From the human T2T-CHM13v2.0 reference genome, Homo sapiens: a DNA stretch of 64,000 nucleotides. Location: assembly GCF_009914755.1 (NCBI RefSeq), contig NC_060930.1; one strand, 5' to 3'. The translations under genes and the position numbers were made by a program. Under the pieces are notes generated by a model. That model saw only the letters and a program-made list of their open reading frames with translations, searched no databases and had not been told where the DNA came from. Shown here one piece after another: positions 30,346 through 46,224 of this stretch. Numbering within the stretch: position 1 is the first letter of the stretch; every line of letters starts with the position of its first letter.

Positions 30346-30559
30346 ATCAGTGTCCCAGCCCTCTTCCAGGACTCCTCCTATTCCTTAGCACTGAGGCAGC
30401 AGAGTCCAGCCCAGGGTACTTGTCTTTTGTTTTTAGTAGTGGCCACCAGGCTCAGAAATTTACCTGCAGAGGACTCAGCAACCACTTTCCAACAACAAGG
30501 CCACTGCAATAAGACGCAGAGCATCCCATGCTGCCAAGATGGCTCTTCGCCTACTTCAT

Positions 30560-30700
30560 CTCTTTTAATTTTCACAATGGTTTTGAGATAAGCATTACTG
30601 TCCTCGGATTTCCAGATGAGGAGCTAAGGCCCAGAGAGGCTACATGAGATCACCCATTAGTGGGCAGAGGGTAGATTCCACCCCAGAGCTCTCTGCATAA
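30560..30700 (-). mobile_element. MIR SINE
   Basis: TTTCCAGATGAGGAGCTAAGGCCCAGAGAGG, the reversed MIR core. Confidence 0.6.
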
Positions 30701-33700
30701 CTCCCTACAGCTGTCTCCCTGTGTCGGCCCTGGACAGAATTCAGAGAGCTGGCAACAGAGCTGGCTGGGGGACAGGAAAGAAATCTGATCCTTCAGGCCA
30801 CATCTCCATGTCTCTATAGGATATAAAGAAATGGGACTGATACAACATGAAAGCTTGGATGGTATAAAGTAACCCAGTCAACTCTCTGGGCATGAAATAA
30901 CCGGGTGAATAGAACAACATAATTATTTATTGCCTACAGAGCTGATCCGAATTTTTTTTTGAAGATTGCTAAAGAGTGGTTGCAGGCAGCAGTAAGACAG
31001 CAATTGCTGCGAGACACTTGTCTCTGCTAAGGAGGCAGCAGCTGCGACTGTCACTCAGCCTCGGCACTCACATCCCACAGTGTAAGGAAAGACACCTTAG
31101 AATGCAGCTACACACACACATATATATATATTTTTGCAAACCACTATTTCCTGTTTTGTTCTCTATTTATACTTTACATTTAGTTTTGAGAAAGCGCTGG
31201 TGGTTTGGTGTTTGGGTTGTTTCTAGTTCAATCTTTATCTATAAAGCAAATTCTCTTTTCAAGATGATTTTTTGTAATATAAACCAACAGTATAGCTAGA
31301 TTCCTTTCACATACTTTGCTAATAAAAATTCTTACAACTTCAACAATAAAGCAACAAGATTCAAATAACACAAATCACAACTCTCCAAGTCGGCACCTTG
31401 CCAAGTAGGAATCCATTCACCAGTCTTGCGGGGGTGGGGTTGTGAATTCTTCAAGGAATTCCAACAGACATTTTCACACAGATTTTCAGGCATATAGATG
31501 CTCATCCTGAAGTACAGAAATGTGTAACTATGATACCTTCATATGATACTCTTTGGAAAACACTGAAGTATCTAAAACACTTTGTTACTGCTATGTAATG
31601 ACACATAGCAACCCAATGTTTGCCCTCCAAGAACTGTCTAAGAAAGATACCACCTCGGACCCAGGGAACAATCAGCAGAAAATAAACATGAAAACAGCAC
31701 CAGGACCAATGCCTTCACCTCTTGTGCAGGTCAAGGAAAGATGCATTTAGAGGTAAAAGGCAAGAGCAAGTGCACAGTTATCGTGAAATTGATTTTGTTT
31801 CTCCACATTTGGTAGCTGAAAGCTTTGCTTCCCCAATAGACAAGGACCATGTTTCTGCAAGGACCAGGAAAGCTGGCTTTGCATTGCAGTGGGCAGTAAG
31901 CAGAATAGCAGAGTGACTCTTGGGTATCAGTGTCCTGCCCTGTCAAACGGAGACTTCAGTACTTGCCAGAGCCATGTCACCAGGCTGCCATAAGGATCCC
32001 ATGAGAAAATGACCATGAGATCCTGTCATAATTGGTAAACCCTGTGTGATACAAATTACTATTCTTCCTGGGTAATTATTTTCTTTTGTTCTCTTTGTAG
32101 AGAACAGAGAGTCAATAGAAACTCTATTTCCAACCATCTTGTTTGCAGTGTCCCTAAAGGCAACATAAAGACAGATCATTTCTTTTTATTTGCCAAGCAA
32201 AAGAAATACACCCATCCAGACAATGCGACATTCCTCATCTTTTTCTACAGAGCATCACGTTAGTCTTGTCTCCCATCTAGATGATGCCCATCTCATGGGG
32301 GTGAAGCTGCTACCAACACCCTGGTATTAGGGAGGGTTTTAGAGCTCTCTAGAAAGCTGTGAGCCAGGGAGGAAGGCTAGGGGTACTGGTGGTGCCTGAC
32401 ACTGTCGCCATCATTGTATGTACAGTCACTACACACTGGTTTATTCTCCCCTCTTATTTCACAAAGAAAAAGCCCAGGGTCTTCAAATACTAGGAAAGTA
32501 AAATGTCACCAGGTCTGAGAACAGAATGGGTGAAAGAGTGGGGGCTGGAGCAAGGAGCATAGGAAAACTCTCCCCCAGTGTGTGTTTCCCTGACTTACAG
32601 GAAAGAAGACAAAATGCAGCCTAATTTGCTTCTGGTCACCAAGTATCACAAAGGCTTCTCAGCTGTCCTGATAGGCACAGTCCCAGCGTTGCTCCACCAG
32701 GGACACTGTGGGCAGGTCACTACTTCTCTGGCCCATGTCCCTCAGTGGTCACTCTTACACAGCCTGTTGGTTCCGCAGGCTTCACAAGTACTGCAAGACC
32801 AAGGTCAAAAGCGAATTCTTAACCCTCAAAGGGAAGTACTGGCCAGAAGTGGACTATTCTCTTTCTCTCCTCAATCATCCCTTCAATCATTTGACAATAT
32901 TTTCTGGGGACCTAGAGTGGCCAGACACTATGCAGAGCACAGGGACGTGAAGATGAACCCAGAAAGATCCCTTCCTTGGATGTTTGTGGGTAGACGGGAG
33001 GGAAGCGGAGCACCTCTGGTCATCACATCTCCTCTGAGTCCCAGCCCATCCTGCCTCCCCACTGCCCCGCATAAACACAGGTCCCTTTCCAGGCGGGTTC
33101 CTCTGGCATGTTGTGGTGTGCAGACAGCGCACGGCTGAATTCCCTATGTCCTGCGTCGTTGACACACAGCTTCTCCATCGCAGTCTCCCAGAATCGAGGA
33201 GCCTAGGATACATGGGCAGGTCACACAGGAAGAAACAGCCACCACACACACTTAGTCCAGACAAGGACAGTGGCCAATAATCACAAACACAGAATCTCTG
33301 GAGACCAGGCCTGCCGGCCCACAGCAAAACCACCAGATTCATCTCTGAGTCGTCCCTGAACAAGTCCTCCTTCCCTCAGAGCACCACACCTGTGGAAGGG
33401 AGGATTCCCAGCCTTGGTGGCCTCTCCCCTCACACTCATGTCCCCCGGGCTGTGGGCACTGATCCTGACACACACCACTGCACACAGGGCCCAGCTCACA
33501 GGACCAGCAAAGCAACAAATAGTGGGTGAATAAATGAATTAATAAAACGTACATACATGCATATATTATTTTATTAAATTCTCACTACAAGACTTTAAGG
33601 CAAATATTATTACGTACTCCCACCGTATAGATGGAGAGTCTGTCAAATCTATACAGATGACAGCTCAGGAAGGCTCCAGATCTTGTGAAAAGTGGCACAA

Positions 33701-34439
33701 GTCCAGTCTAGTCCAGCCTTTCAGCACTGGCACCTGGTCAACGAGAGGTTAGCTGCTGAGAGATCCAAGAAGTTTCATCTCCCAGCGCTTCTGTTTCTAG
33801 CTGGAGGTGGGTGGGAGATGTTGCATTTTACCAGCTGACTTCTCAAGATCAAAAAGCCAGGAAGCTTTGCAATCACCCTGAGACAAGTCAACAGTAGTAT
33901 TACCATGGACAATATCTTGCCTGGTGAAAATCTATGTGACCTCTTGGGGCTTTGCATACAGTGAATCCTCCGCCAATATGGTTTGATTGACTCATAGAAA
34001 GAAAGGGGGAGAGAGAGCAATACAATGATACAATTGAGGACTTCCACTTCTTAGTTGCAAAAAGAAAGGTCAGAAAAGGAAAAATAACAACACTTTTTTC
34101 CTGCTTTCTCTCCCTCGGGGGTTAGCCAGCAAACAGGGGCTTACCGGATTATTTTCTAGGTCTTCTCCCCTTCGCAAAGGTCTCCTGGGGCCATGCAACA
34201 GCCGTTAAGTCAATTCTTAATTAGCTTTCACAGTTTACCTTTTGAAAATCCATATCTGTATGAATATTTATTGGACGCTTACTAAATGCAAGGCATTTGT
34301 CCCAGGCCCTGAAGATACAAAGGGATGTCAAACAAGCGTGCAAACAGAAAGGCACACACAGCATCAGGAATGGCCAGACGAGGACAACCATCCACACCTA
34401 CTGCAGGAACCAACAAGTCCCACAAAGGTCAAAGCATCA

Positions 34440-34741
<302 letters not shown>

Positions 34742-35328
34742 GCACTGAACAAGCCCAGGGTCACTAAAAATAGAGGCAACAGGGATGTGTCATTAGGCTA
34801 ATTCTTAATTTCCAGAGCAAGAAGAACAGGGATGGAATTAGCCTACTGCTTAAAGTATACTGGAGGTTAGCAAGTGACAGGGAGACTCCCAAAATGCCTC
34901 AGGACTATTTAGTTTCAGTTTAGGACAGAAAAGAGAAGGGTCTCAAACTGGAGATGGCAGACGCATGCTAAGAAATTGGTCTGCAGGAGGGGTAGAGATA
35001 GTGACGGCAGCTCATCACTTTAATGAGCCCAAATCTCTCTCAGTGCAGACAAAACTCAGCCTCAAGTGCAGCAGGAGTTTACAGATAGAGTCTCAGAGTG
35101 GCCACTGGAAAATGTCTGAGAAACCTAGGAAAGAAGGGAAGTACTGGAAGAGCAGAGAAGGGCATATTTTATCCCAATTTCCAAAAGAGGTTGGATTTGG
35201 GATGTGAATAATCAGAGAACTGATTATTAAACAAGCTAGTAACACTTATTAAAGAATGTGGTAATTACTGATATTGGAACATTGTCTCCCTAAGAGCAAA
35301 TTACTGTACTTTAAAGTTTAAGGCTTCA

Positions 35329-35642
35329 GGCTGGGCACAGTGGCTCATGCCTGTAATCCCAGCACTTTGTGAAGCCAAGGCAGAAAGATCACTTGAGCCC
35401 TGGAGTTCGGGACCAGCCTGGGCAACATGGCAAAACCCCATCTCTACTTAAAATATAAAAATTAGCTGAGCGTGGTGGCTCGTGCCTGTAATCCCAGTCC
35501 CAGCTACTCAGGAGGCTGAGGCAGGAGGATCTTTTGAGCCCCAGGAGGTAGAGGATGCAGTAAGACATTGATCTAACCACTGCGCTCCAGCCTGGGTGAC
35601 AGAGTGAGACCCTGTCTCAAAAACAGGCAAACAAAAACAAAT
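35329..35642 (+). mobile_element. AluJ
   Basis: TSD AAAGTTTAAGGCTTCA. Confidence 0.93.
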
Positions 35643-36106
35643 AAAGTTTAAGGCTTCACCTAACTAGATTTACTTTGGGGGAAGGGGAGGGGAACAAATA
35701 AGTGGGAAATCAGAGGACTGCTATAATCATGGGCCATCTTGATTGCAAAGTATTTGATAAAATTTCCCGAGATTATTTCATGGATCAGATAGGAACATGT
35801 GAGCAGAAGGATAACACTGTTGGGTAGAATCGTAACTAATGAGACACCACCCAGGATCCTGGTTGCATGATTGATGACAGCACCAACCTGCAGATGATCT
35901 CCAGTGGCATGCCACAGGTCTCTAGTTTTAGTTCTATTCTACCCAATAACATGAATGAAGATTTGGAAGGCAGGCCTATCATCAGATAAGCAAACAACAT
36001 AAGTTTGAGAGGGATGGCTAATGTTACAGATTTCAGGATTGCAATTCAGAAAATTTTAGTTAGGTAGACCAAATCAATCAGACGAAAACTTTATAAGGTA
36101 AAAGGG

Positions 36107-36504
<398 letters not shown>

Positions 36505-37322
36505 TTAGATTTTGGTGTGGGCCATTTTATCAAAAAGCTAATGGGAATATAGATTGTATAGGATCCAGATCAAGGGAAACAATAACAAATTATCTACAAT
36601 ATCTGGAGTTTTCCACTTGCTTCTGGGGGTAAGAACTAAGACAAATATTGAATCCAAAAGGAGGAAGGAGAAAGGCATATAAAACTTTCATCTGGGGAAC
36701 AGTCTAAATAACTGAAGGGAGTTAGCTTGGACAGAGACGGCTGATTCCATGTGGCAGCACAAGGTGGAGGCACAATGTGGTCGGCAGCCCCCAGAAATGA
36801 CCCCCAATGATCCCCATCTCCTGTGTAGCCCTCTCTCCCCCTGTATGAAGGGTGAGGGTATCCAGCTATGAAATTATTAATTCAGAGGATGATTACTCAG
36901 AATTCTTGCTAAGACCCGGTCTAACTTAAAAACAGGAAAGCAGTAATTAATGTTCTTTGTTACCTCAGCAGCAACAAGAGCTAAATGAGATACCAGGTAT
37001 CACAGCCAGTGGGTATTTATTCTACAGACAGGAAGCCCCTGCATGCACATGAGACACAGAACCAATAACTGGGAAGCGTACAGGACAAACAAATGCTTAA
37101 AACAAGCTGAACACCTGCAGAACAGGACCTGTTGGTTCATTCTCACTGTTCTAGAAGTGTGTATTTCTCAGTGTGAATCCAGTGGAATCCTGTTCTTTCT
37201 GCTTTCATTCTTTCTGTCGCTTCTTTATAAGGTGAGAGTTGCTCTTTTCTTCCTGAGGCAGATCCTAAACTCTAAGAAGCCCAATTTGGTAAGGACATTA
37301 CAGCCTATTGAAATAACAAGGG

Positions 37323-37630
37323 AGCCGGGCACATTGGCTCACGCCTGTAATCCCAGCATTTGAGAGGCTGAGGTGAGTGGATCGCTTGAGCCCTGGAGTT
37401 TAAGACCAGCCTGGGCAACATGGTGAAACCCCATCTGTACCAAAAATACAAAATAGCTGGGTATAGTGGCATGCACCTGTGGTACCAGCTACTCAGGAGG
37501 CTGAGGTGGAAGGATTGCTTGAGCCTGGGAGGTTTCAGTGAGCCAAGATCACACCACTGCACTCCAGCCTGGGCGACAGAGTGTGAGACCCTGTCTCAAA
37601 ACAAAACTAAACTAAACTAAAAAAACAAGC
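37323..37630 (+). mobile_element. AluJ
   Basis: Dimer with an (AAACT)n tail. Confidence 0.92.
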
Positions 37631-38359
37631 AAACAAAAAGAAGAAGAAGGCCAGTATAGAAAAAGAAAAATATCTTCTTCATCCCAACCATCAATCTCTC
37701 TTATTATGGTCTTATCATCAGTCTCTTGTGATATTTCATAACAAGTTTTCAAAAAGTATCTTTGCTATGGACCCAAGGGGCAGAGGTAGTCAATTAAGAT
37801 GAAACCAAAAGATGTGATCACAGCAGAGTGACTGTTACAAAGAAGGTGCTCAATAGATGCTTATTGAATTGGTTTGCACTGGATTGGATTGAATTAAACA
37901 GATTAAAATGGAAATGCTCAGGATGAGACATTTAATAAACTTTCATCTAATTGAACTGGGCTGGCCAAATAAATCATGATAAATTCATATCCTGGAATAT
38001 AATTTCCTCCTTTAGAAACAATCATTCCCTGGTCCCAAAGCAGCCTGGAGGGGCACATTCGGGCTTCTCTATGTACTAACAAGGAAATGTCTTCAGAATG
38101 TATTAGTCTGGTGGAAAACACTAATAAGAAGTAGCCAGTGAGTATGTACAGTTATTTCACTTGTATGTTATCCAAACTGTATACAAGAAAGAACATATTA
38201 TATGTATACGTATGTATATGTGTGTGTGTCTATATATATATATGCACATATATATATAATTTTTAGAGCACGTTTTGTTCAGTTTATTGATTCAAATCTA
38301 CCTGAGTGTGCGAGGCAGATGGTTGAATACTTACTTCGATAACCTAGCTGAGTAGCATA

Positions 38360-38785
38360 TGTGTTAGTTTCCTAACACTATCATAATGACCACAAACTTG
38401 GTGGCTTGGAACAACAAAATTTATTTTCTAACAGGCCAGAAGTCTGAAATCAAGGTGCCAGCAGGATTGATTCCTTCTTGGGGCACTGAGGGAGGATCTG
38501 AGAATCTGTTTCCTGTCCCTTTCCTAGCCTCTGGTATTTGGCCAGCAACTACATCACTCCAGTCCCTTCCTCCATGGCCTCATGACCTTATTCTCTCTCT
38601 ATGTGTCTCTGTATCACCACATGGCCTTCTTATAATGACACTAGTCATTGGATTTACAGCCCACCTTAATTTATGACCTCATCTTAACCAATTATGTCAG
38701 CAAAGGTTCCATTTCCAAATAAGTTCACCTTCTGAGTTTCTAGGTGGACATGAATGTTGGGAGGGACACTATTCAACCCTGTACA
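38360..38785 (-). mobile_element. MLT1 (MaLR) solo LTR
   Basis: TGTGTTAGTTTCCT...GAAGTCTGAAATCAAGGTGCCAGCAGG...GGGACACTATTCAACCC. Confidence 0.8.
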
Positions 38786-39104
38786 AATAGTATACATCAA
38801 CCTTTCAATTGGGGAAAATGCTGCCTTTTATCTTATTAGGTATAGTGGTGTGTTAATTAACTCATAAATTTAAAGCAGTCTTTTGCTGTCATTTAAAAGC
38901 ATTTTTCTTGCTATATCCTTGGGGAAGATGAAGAAAATCTAATAGCCCTTCTTGTAATATTGCCATTTTTTTTAACCTCCCTGCTAATTTGTGCAACTAA
39001 AGTTTTCCCTGTAAATTTAGATTTTTTCCAATTTAAAATATTTTTCTTAATTGCAGTATAATTTACCTACAGTCAATTTCATAGGTCTTAAAAGTACAGT
39101 TTGA

Positions 39105-39551
<447 letters not shown>

Positions 39552-42500
39552 TAGATTAGTTTTGTCCATTCTTAAGTTTTACATAAATAGAATCATATAA
39601 TGTATACCCTTTTGCATCTGGCTTTGTTAGCTCATAATTATATTTGTAAGTATACCAGCAGTTCATTTCTTTTTATTGCTGAATAGTAGACCATTTTATG
39701 TGAATATGCCACAATTTGTTAATTCATTCACCTGTTGATGGACTTCCTATTGTTTCCAGTTTTAAGCTATTTTGAAAAATATCTGCCAGAAACATTTCTC
39801 TACAAGTCTTTTGTGGACATATGTTTTTATTTTCCTGGATAATTACCTGGGAGTGGAATTGTTGGTTCGTAGGGTAGGTTATGTTTAACTTTATAAAGAA
39901 CTGCCAATTTTCCAATGGTTATACCATTTTCACTCCCAGCAATGTAAGAGAGGGCCAGTTGCTCCATATCCTGACCGAAATTGGAGCTGTCAGTCTTTCA
40001 TTTTAGCAATTCTAGTGGGTGGAATTTAATTTGCAATTCCTGTATTATTAGAGATGCTGAGCCCGTTTTTATGTGTATATTGGCTATTTACATATCTTCT
40101 GTTTGAAATGGCTGTTCAAGTCTTTTGCCCAAATTTTATGGGGTTGTTTGCCTCTTACATTATTGAGCTGTAGGAGTTCTTTATATATTCTAGAGACAAG
40201 TCCCATGACAAATATAAGTACTGAAAACCTCTCTCCCAGTCTGTGGCTTATCTATTCACTCTCTAAATACAGTCTTTTAATAAGCAAAAGTTTTAAATGT
40301 TTGAAGTTCAAGATAGCAACCTTTTGTTTTATGATTAGTGGTTTCTCTGCCCTTTCTAAGAAATGTTTCCCACCCCAAGATCATGAAGATATTGTCTTGT
40401 GTTTTCTTCTAATTTTTTGTTGTTGTACTTATCACATTACAAGTTATCACATTATTTTGTTGTTGTACTTATCACATTATCACACAATAATTCATGGTAA
40501 TTATTGTGTATGATGTGAGATAAGGCTGAGGGTTCACTCTTTCCGCATATGGATATAGAGTCATCCCAACATCATTTGTTTGAAAGACATTTCTGTCCTC
40601 ATTGAATTCCTTTGGCACCTTTGTCAAAATAAATGAACCTCATGAATCTATTTCTGAACGCTTGATTCTGTTTTATTGATGTTTTTGTTTATACTTATGC
40701 CAATTCCAAACTCTCTTGGTTACTATAACTTTATAGTAAGTCTTGAAATCATGTAGTATAAATTCTCCAACTTTATTTTCCTTTTTCAAGATTGTTTTGT
40801 AATTTGCATTTGAATTTCCATATAAGTGCAAAAAACCTGCTGGCATTTTCATTAGGAATGCATTGAATTCATTTTGGAAAGAATTGAAAATTTAACAATA
40901 TTGAGTCTTACAATCCATACATATGGTATATCTCTCCATTTACTTAAGACTTCTTGAGTTTGTCTTAGAAATATATGTGCAGGTTTTGGTGTAGACGTCT
41001 TGCACATTTTGTTAAATTAATCACTAAGTCTATTTGGGTTTTTGATGTTATTGTGAGTAGTACTTTTACTTCATTTTCCAGTTAATTGTTGCTTTTACAC
41101 GGAAATACAATTGATTTTTGTACAATGACTTTGTATACGACTAGTAAACTACTTCTAAGTGACCATATATAGTAAGGCTTTTTGTACATTCCTTTAGATT
41201 TACTATATACATAATCATATCGTTTGTGAATTAAAAATCATACTTCTTTGCAATCATTTTGCCTTTTAATTTTTTAAATTTCTTTTCTTGCCTTGTTACA
41301 GTGGTTGGAAATCCAGGATAATGCTGCATATAAGTGGTGAGAAAGGACATCCATGCTTGTTCCTGATTTTAGCTTAAATTTTAAAAATATTTAAAGTATG
41401 ATGTTATCTTTAGGTATTCATAGATGCTGTTTATCAAATTGAGAAACTTTCTTCTATTCTTAGTATCCTAAGAGGTTTTTTTAATCGTGAACAGACATTA
41501 AATTTTGCAAATGCATTGTCTACATCTATTGAGATGATCATATAATTTCTATCATTTATTCTGTTATGCAGAATTACACTGATGGATTTAGAATGCTAAA
41601 CAAGCTTGCATTCCTGAAGTAAACTCCAGTAGACTATGACATACTATCCATTTTATGAGTTGATGAATTTTATTTGTTAATAATTTCTTAAGGATTTTTG
41701 CATATACATGCATGAAGGATATTGGTTTACAATTTTCTTTTCTTATAGTATCCTTGTCAAGTTTGATGACAGGATTATGGTGGCCTCAAAGCAATAACAA
41801 AGAAATCAGAAGTGTTTCCTCTGTCTCTGTTTTCTCAAAGAGCATATATAAGATATATTATTTCTCCCTCAAGTATTTGATAGAATTCATACAGAAGTCA
41901 TCTGAGTCTGAAAGTCTTTTTATGGAAAAGTTTTTAATTATAAATTCATTTTTTTAATATAGAAGGCTTTTCTGGTTTTCTATTTCATCTTATGTCAGAT
42001 TTGGTCAGTTGTGTTTTTCAAAAAATTTGTTGTGAATTTATTAACATAAATTGTTCATAATACTTCCTTGTTATTATGTTAATATTCTTAGTGATGTAGA
42101 GATGCCTCCTCTTTCATTCCTCTGCTGGTAATCTGCATTTTTCTTTCTTTTTCTTGATCAATCTTGCTTGGGGTTATCAATCTTATTTATTGATCTGTTC
42201 AAAGAACTTTTGATTTGCCAATATTTCTCTATTGTCTGATTTTTAGTCTATTGATTTTTGTTCTTAATTTGATTGCTTCCTTTTTTTTACTTTGGACTTA
42301 ATTTACTCCTCTTTCTCTAGCTTCTTAAGGTAGAAGCCTAAATAATTGCTTGTAGACCTTTTCCTTTTCTAATGTGAATATTTAAAACCACAAATTCCCC
42401 TCTACTCGTCCCTTTAGTCACATCCAACACATTTTAGTATGCTGAGCTTTCTTTTCTGTTTTCATCAGTTCGAAATATTTTCTAATTTTCCTGGTGATTT

Positions 42501-43623
42501 CTTCCTTAACCCAAGGGTTATTTGGTAGTATGTTTTAATTTCTACATATTTGGGGTTTTCCTGACGTTTCTGCTATTGACTTCTAAAACACTCTGTATGA
42601 TCTCAGTCCTTTGAAATGTATTGAGACTTGTTTTATGGCCCAGCTTATTGTCTATGTTGGTGAATGTTCCATGTGCATTTGAAAAGAAGGTGTATTCTGT
42701 AGTTGTATAGTGTTCTATAAATACCTATTAGTTAAGTTAGTTGATAGTGCTTTTCAAATCCTCTATACCCTTGTAAGTATTTCAGTTGTTCTGTCAGTTA
42801 CTAAAACTGCAGTGTTAAAATCTGCAACCATAATTGTGAAATTGCCTATTTGTCCCTTTATTTCTGTATGTTTTTGCTACATGTATTTTGAAGCTCTGTT
42901 ATTATAGTACAAATACATTAAGAGTTTCATATCTTCTTGATGATTTGACTCTTTTATTATTATGAGTGTCCCTCTTTATTTCTGATAAAACTGCTTGTCT
43001 TTAAGTCTACTTTGTATGATATTGCTATAGTCACTCCCTCTTTCTTATGATGAATGTTTGCACAGTATCTTTTATTGATCTCTTACTTGTAAACTACCTG
43101 CAATTTTATATAAAAAGTCTGTCTCTTGTAGCCAACATAGTTGGATCTTGTTTTTGTTATTCAGTCTGATAATCTCTGCCTTTTAATATGTGTTTGCTCC
43201 ATTTATATTTTATGTAATTATTGATAGACAATAGACTTGAGTTTAAGTCTACCATCTTTCTATTTGTTTAGTTTTGTCCTTTTTTCTCTTTTCCTGCTTT
43301 CTTTTGAATTAGTTTTTTTATAATTTCTTTTCATCTCTGCTTTTTGCCTGTAAATCATTGCTTTCTTTCTTGGCTCAATTTCACTTATACTTTGTTCTTC
43401 AGTGGCTAATCTGTTGCTAACCCCATCCAGTGATTTTTATGTCTTATATTGTATTTTTCAGTTCTAGAATTTCAATTTCTACTTGTTTTTATCTTTAGAG
43501 TTTCCATTTCTTTTCTAAAATATCCATCTCTTTTCCTTAAATTATTTAACATATTTAAAATAGTTGTTTTAAAGCCCATTATCTGATGATTGCAATATCT
43601 AGGTCCACTGTGGATATGTTCCT

Positions 43624-43811
43624 TTTTTTTTTTTTCTAGTATTGAATCCACAGTGGGAATGTGGTTTTTTGTTTTGTTTTGTTGTTTTGAGATGGGGGGG
43701 TCTGAATTTGTTCCCCATGCTGGTCTTGAACTCCTGGGTTCAAGCCATCCTCCCCCCTCAGCCTCCCGAGTAGTTGGAATAGACTATAGGCACACACCAC
43801 TGCCCTCAGCA
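43624..43811 (-). mobile_element. FLAM-like Alu monomer with a two-part tail
   Basis: Monomer at about 43689-43811; TSD TGGATATG(T/C)TCCT at 43611-43623 and 43812-43824. Confidence 0.8.
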
Positions 43812-44349
43812 TGGATATGCTCCTATTGTCTATATTTTTCTTGACCATGGGTAACATTTTCCGCCTTCTTTACATGTCTAATTAAACAAAAATTAAACTC
43901 CAAAAATTGTGTTAACAGTGGATAATGTAACATACTAATTTTTTTGCTTGGTTTTATTTATTTCCCAGAATCGCAAGCCCTTTTCTCTATCTAGGGGCTA
44001 TTCAAATTTGCCTACAATTGAGTTGAACTAGTGCTGAGCTGCAGCTTTATTTAGATTGAGTTTACCTGTTGTTTGCCCAATACCCAACCAGTCTCATCTA
44101 TTTTTTGTTTACCTTTGAATTCAACTCCTGCAGGAGTCCCAGGATGCAAAAACCAGAAGAATGTTGGAAAAGATGTGATTTTTATCTACCTATTAGCCTT
44201 TCCTTCACTGGTCCTTTCTCAGCAAAATTCAGAAAGGGGGAGGTTTGGGGTATTTTAAAAATGAATTTGTGTTTTTTGTGTATGTGTTTTGTGCCACTTA
44301 AGAATTTATTGCTTTTCAGCAACAAATCCATCTTTCTTTCCCCCTCTCT

Positions 44350-44795
44350 GTTATACTGGGGCCCAATTCTACAGACATTACTTCTTTGCCAGTTGGCTTA
44401 ATGTTAGGTCCTGTCAATAGAGGGCATTGGAGACACATTGCAAGTCTGGAAGAGGAAAAAAGGACTTTTTCTTCTTCCAGTGTTGTATTTTTCTACTTGG
44501 TGGCAAGTAGATCAATAAGCAAGGGTCCTGGCAGTGTTAAACAGAGGAGGACAGTTATTTGATTTGGGAGCAAGTGCTCCCCAATATCAGTCAACTTGCC
44601 CTGTCCATTGACAAGAGTCCGAATCTTAACCTTGCAGGGGCTCCCCTCTTCCAAGTTTCTGCGTTCCTTCATCATTTACTTTTCTTTGAACTTTCAGAGT
44701 AGTTACTGATCTCTGCATTTACTACTTTAAGAGTTTTTTATATTAAAACTTCCCTATTCCAATTGCCAATGTGGTTTATGTCTTCTGACTGAACC
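44350..44795 (+). mobile_element. Old ERVL-type LTR (LTR33-like)
   Basis: TTAGGTCCTGTCAATAGAGGGCATTGGAG and TATTAAAACTTCCCT...GTGGTTTATGTCTTCTGACTG. Confidence 0.55.
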
Positions 44796-45438
44796 AGAGG
44801 GTCCTTCAGATTCCAGTCCCTTCTAGTAGCACATGCTGTTATGTAAAGCCCAACCGATTTCTCCTTGTAAATTCTCTGTCTATGGTAAGCCCACTCTTCC
44901 ATTGCAGACCCAGGTCACACTCTCACTGTTCTCCAGACAGCACTATCTTTATACACACGATTCCCAACTCCTGTAATCCCTTCCCCACCTCCCTTTTCTG
45001 GCTAGGTACATACGAAGTCATCCTCCCAGATGGCTCAGAGGGCGTCTCCTTGGCGAGACTCCAGTCCTCCACCCACCTATGCCTGCCTACCTGCCCCCCA
45101 CCCCAGGTATGGAACCTATAACTCTGCTAATCCTACAATGAGCTCATTTCTCTCCAGAATAGAGTCCATCGAGATTTTTTTGTGTCCATTACTTTTCACT
45201 AGTCTCATAGAAAAGTATGGTTTTAATTTCTCCAGGTTTTTCCCAAGTCCAAATGTCTTTCACATCCTTCTACATCCTAACTGGAAGCAGAAGCTTCTAG
45301 GTATTCTTACATATGCAAAGTTCCTGGAAGGATATGTTGCTGACAGGGCGTATGACTGAGAAATGTGGAATGGGGGTTAGCACATGGAGGGTGGAGACAG
45401 AAATTCTGACTTTTGACTACAGTCTTCATTATTCATTT

Positions 45439-45727
<289 letters not shown>

Positions 45728-46224
45728 TATTCATTTCTTTACTCAACAAATATTTCTCAAGTGCCTCCTACGTGCCAGTGTTCTGAGCACTGAGGATACA
45801 GTACGAGCAACAACAAAAAGTCACTGTTCTCACGGAACTTATATTCGTGAGAGACAGACAATAAACAACCAAATGATATGCAGCAAGTCAGGTGATGATA
45901 AATATTACAAGAATAAATTAGATTAAGGGGGATAGAGCATGATGGCAGTGAGCATGTTATTTGACATTGATGGTCCAGTCTCACTAAGGTATGTTTGAGC
46001 AGAGACTTCAAGGAACTTAAAGCTATGGGCATATGGGAGTGAAAAACATTCCAGGCAGAGAAAACAGCAAGTGCAAAAGTCCTGTGGTGGACAGTTCAAA
46101 GACAGTCAGGAGCCCAGGGTATTGGGTGCAGAGTGACAGAGGGAAGGCGGGGTAGGAAATGGTGTGGGAGAGAGGTGGGGGCAGAGCATAGAGTGTCTTT
46201 CAGGCCACTTAAGAGCATTGGCTC

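Noticed and set aside
32578-33363. 186-aa and 158-aa ORFs in mostly unique DNA
   Set aside because: Non-ATG starts, no recognisable domain, overlap with an L2 scrap and no exon structure; consistent with chance.
40414-40484. Short tandem duplication TTTTGTTGTTGTACTTATCACATTA inside L1
   Set aside because: Ordinary slippage in a dead element.
43624-43811. BC200-like gene or pseudogene (Alu monomer, A-rich region, unique tail)
   Set aside because: The unique tail does not resemble the C-rich BC200 3' domain and is explained by local flank sequence.
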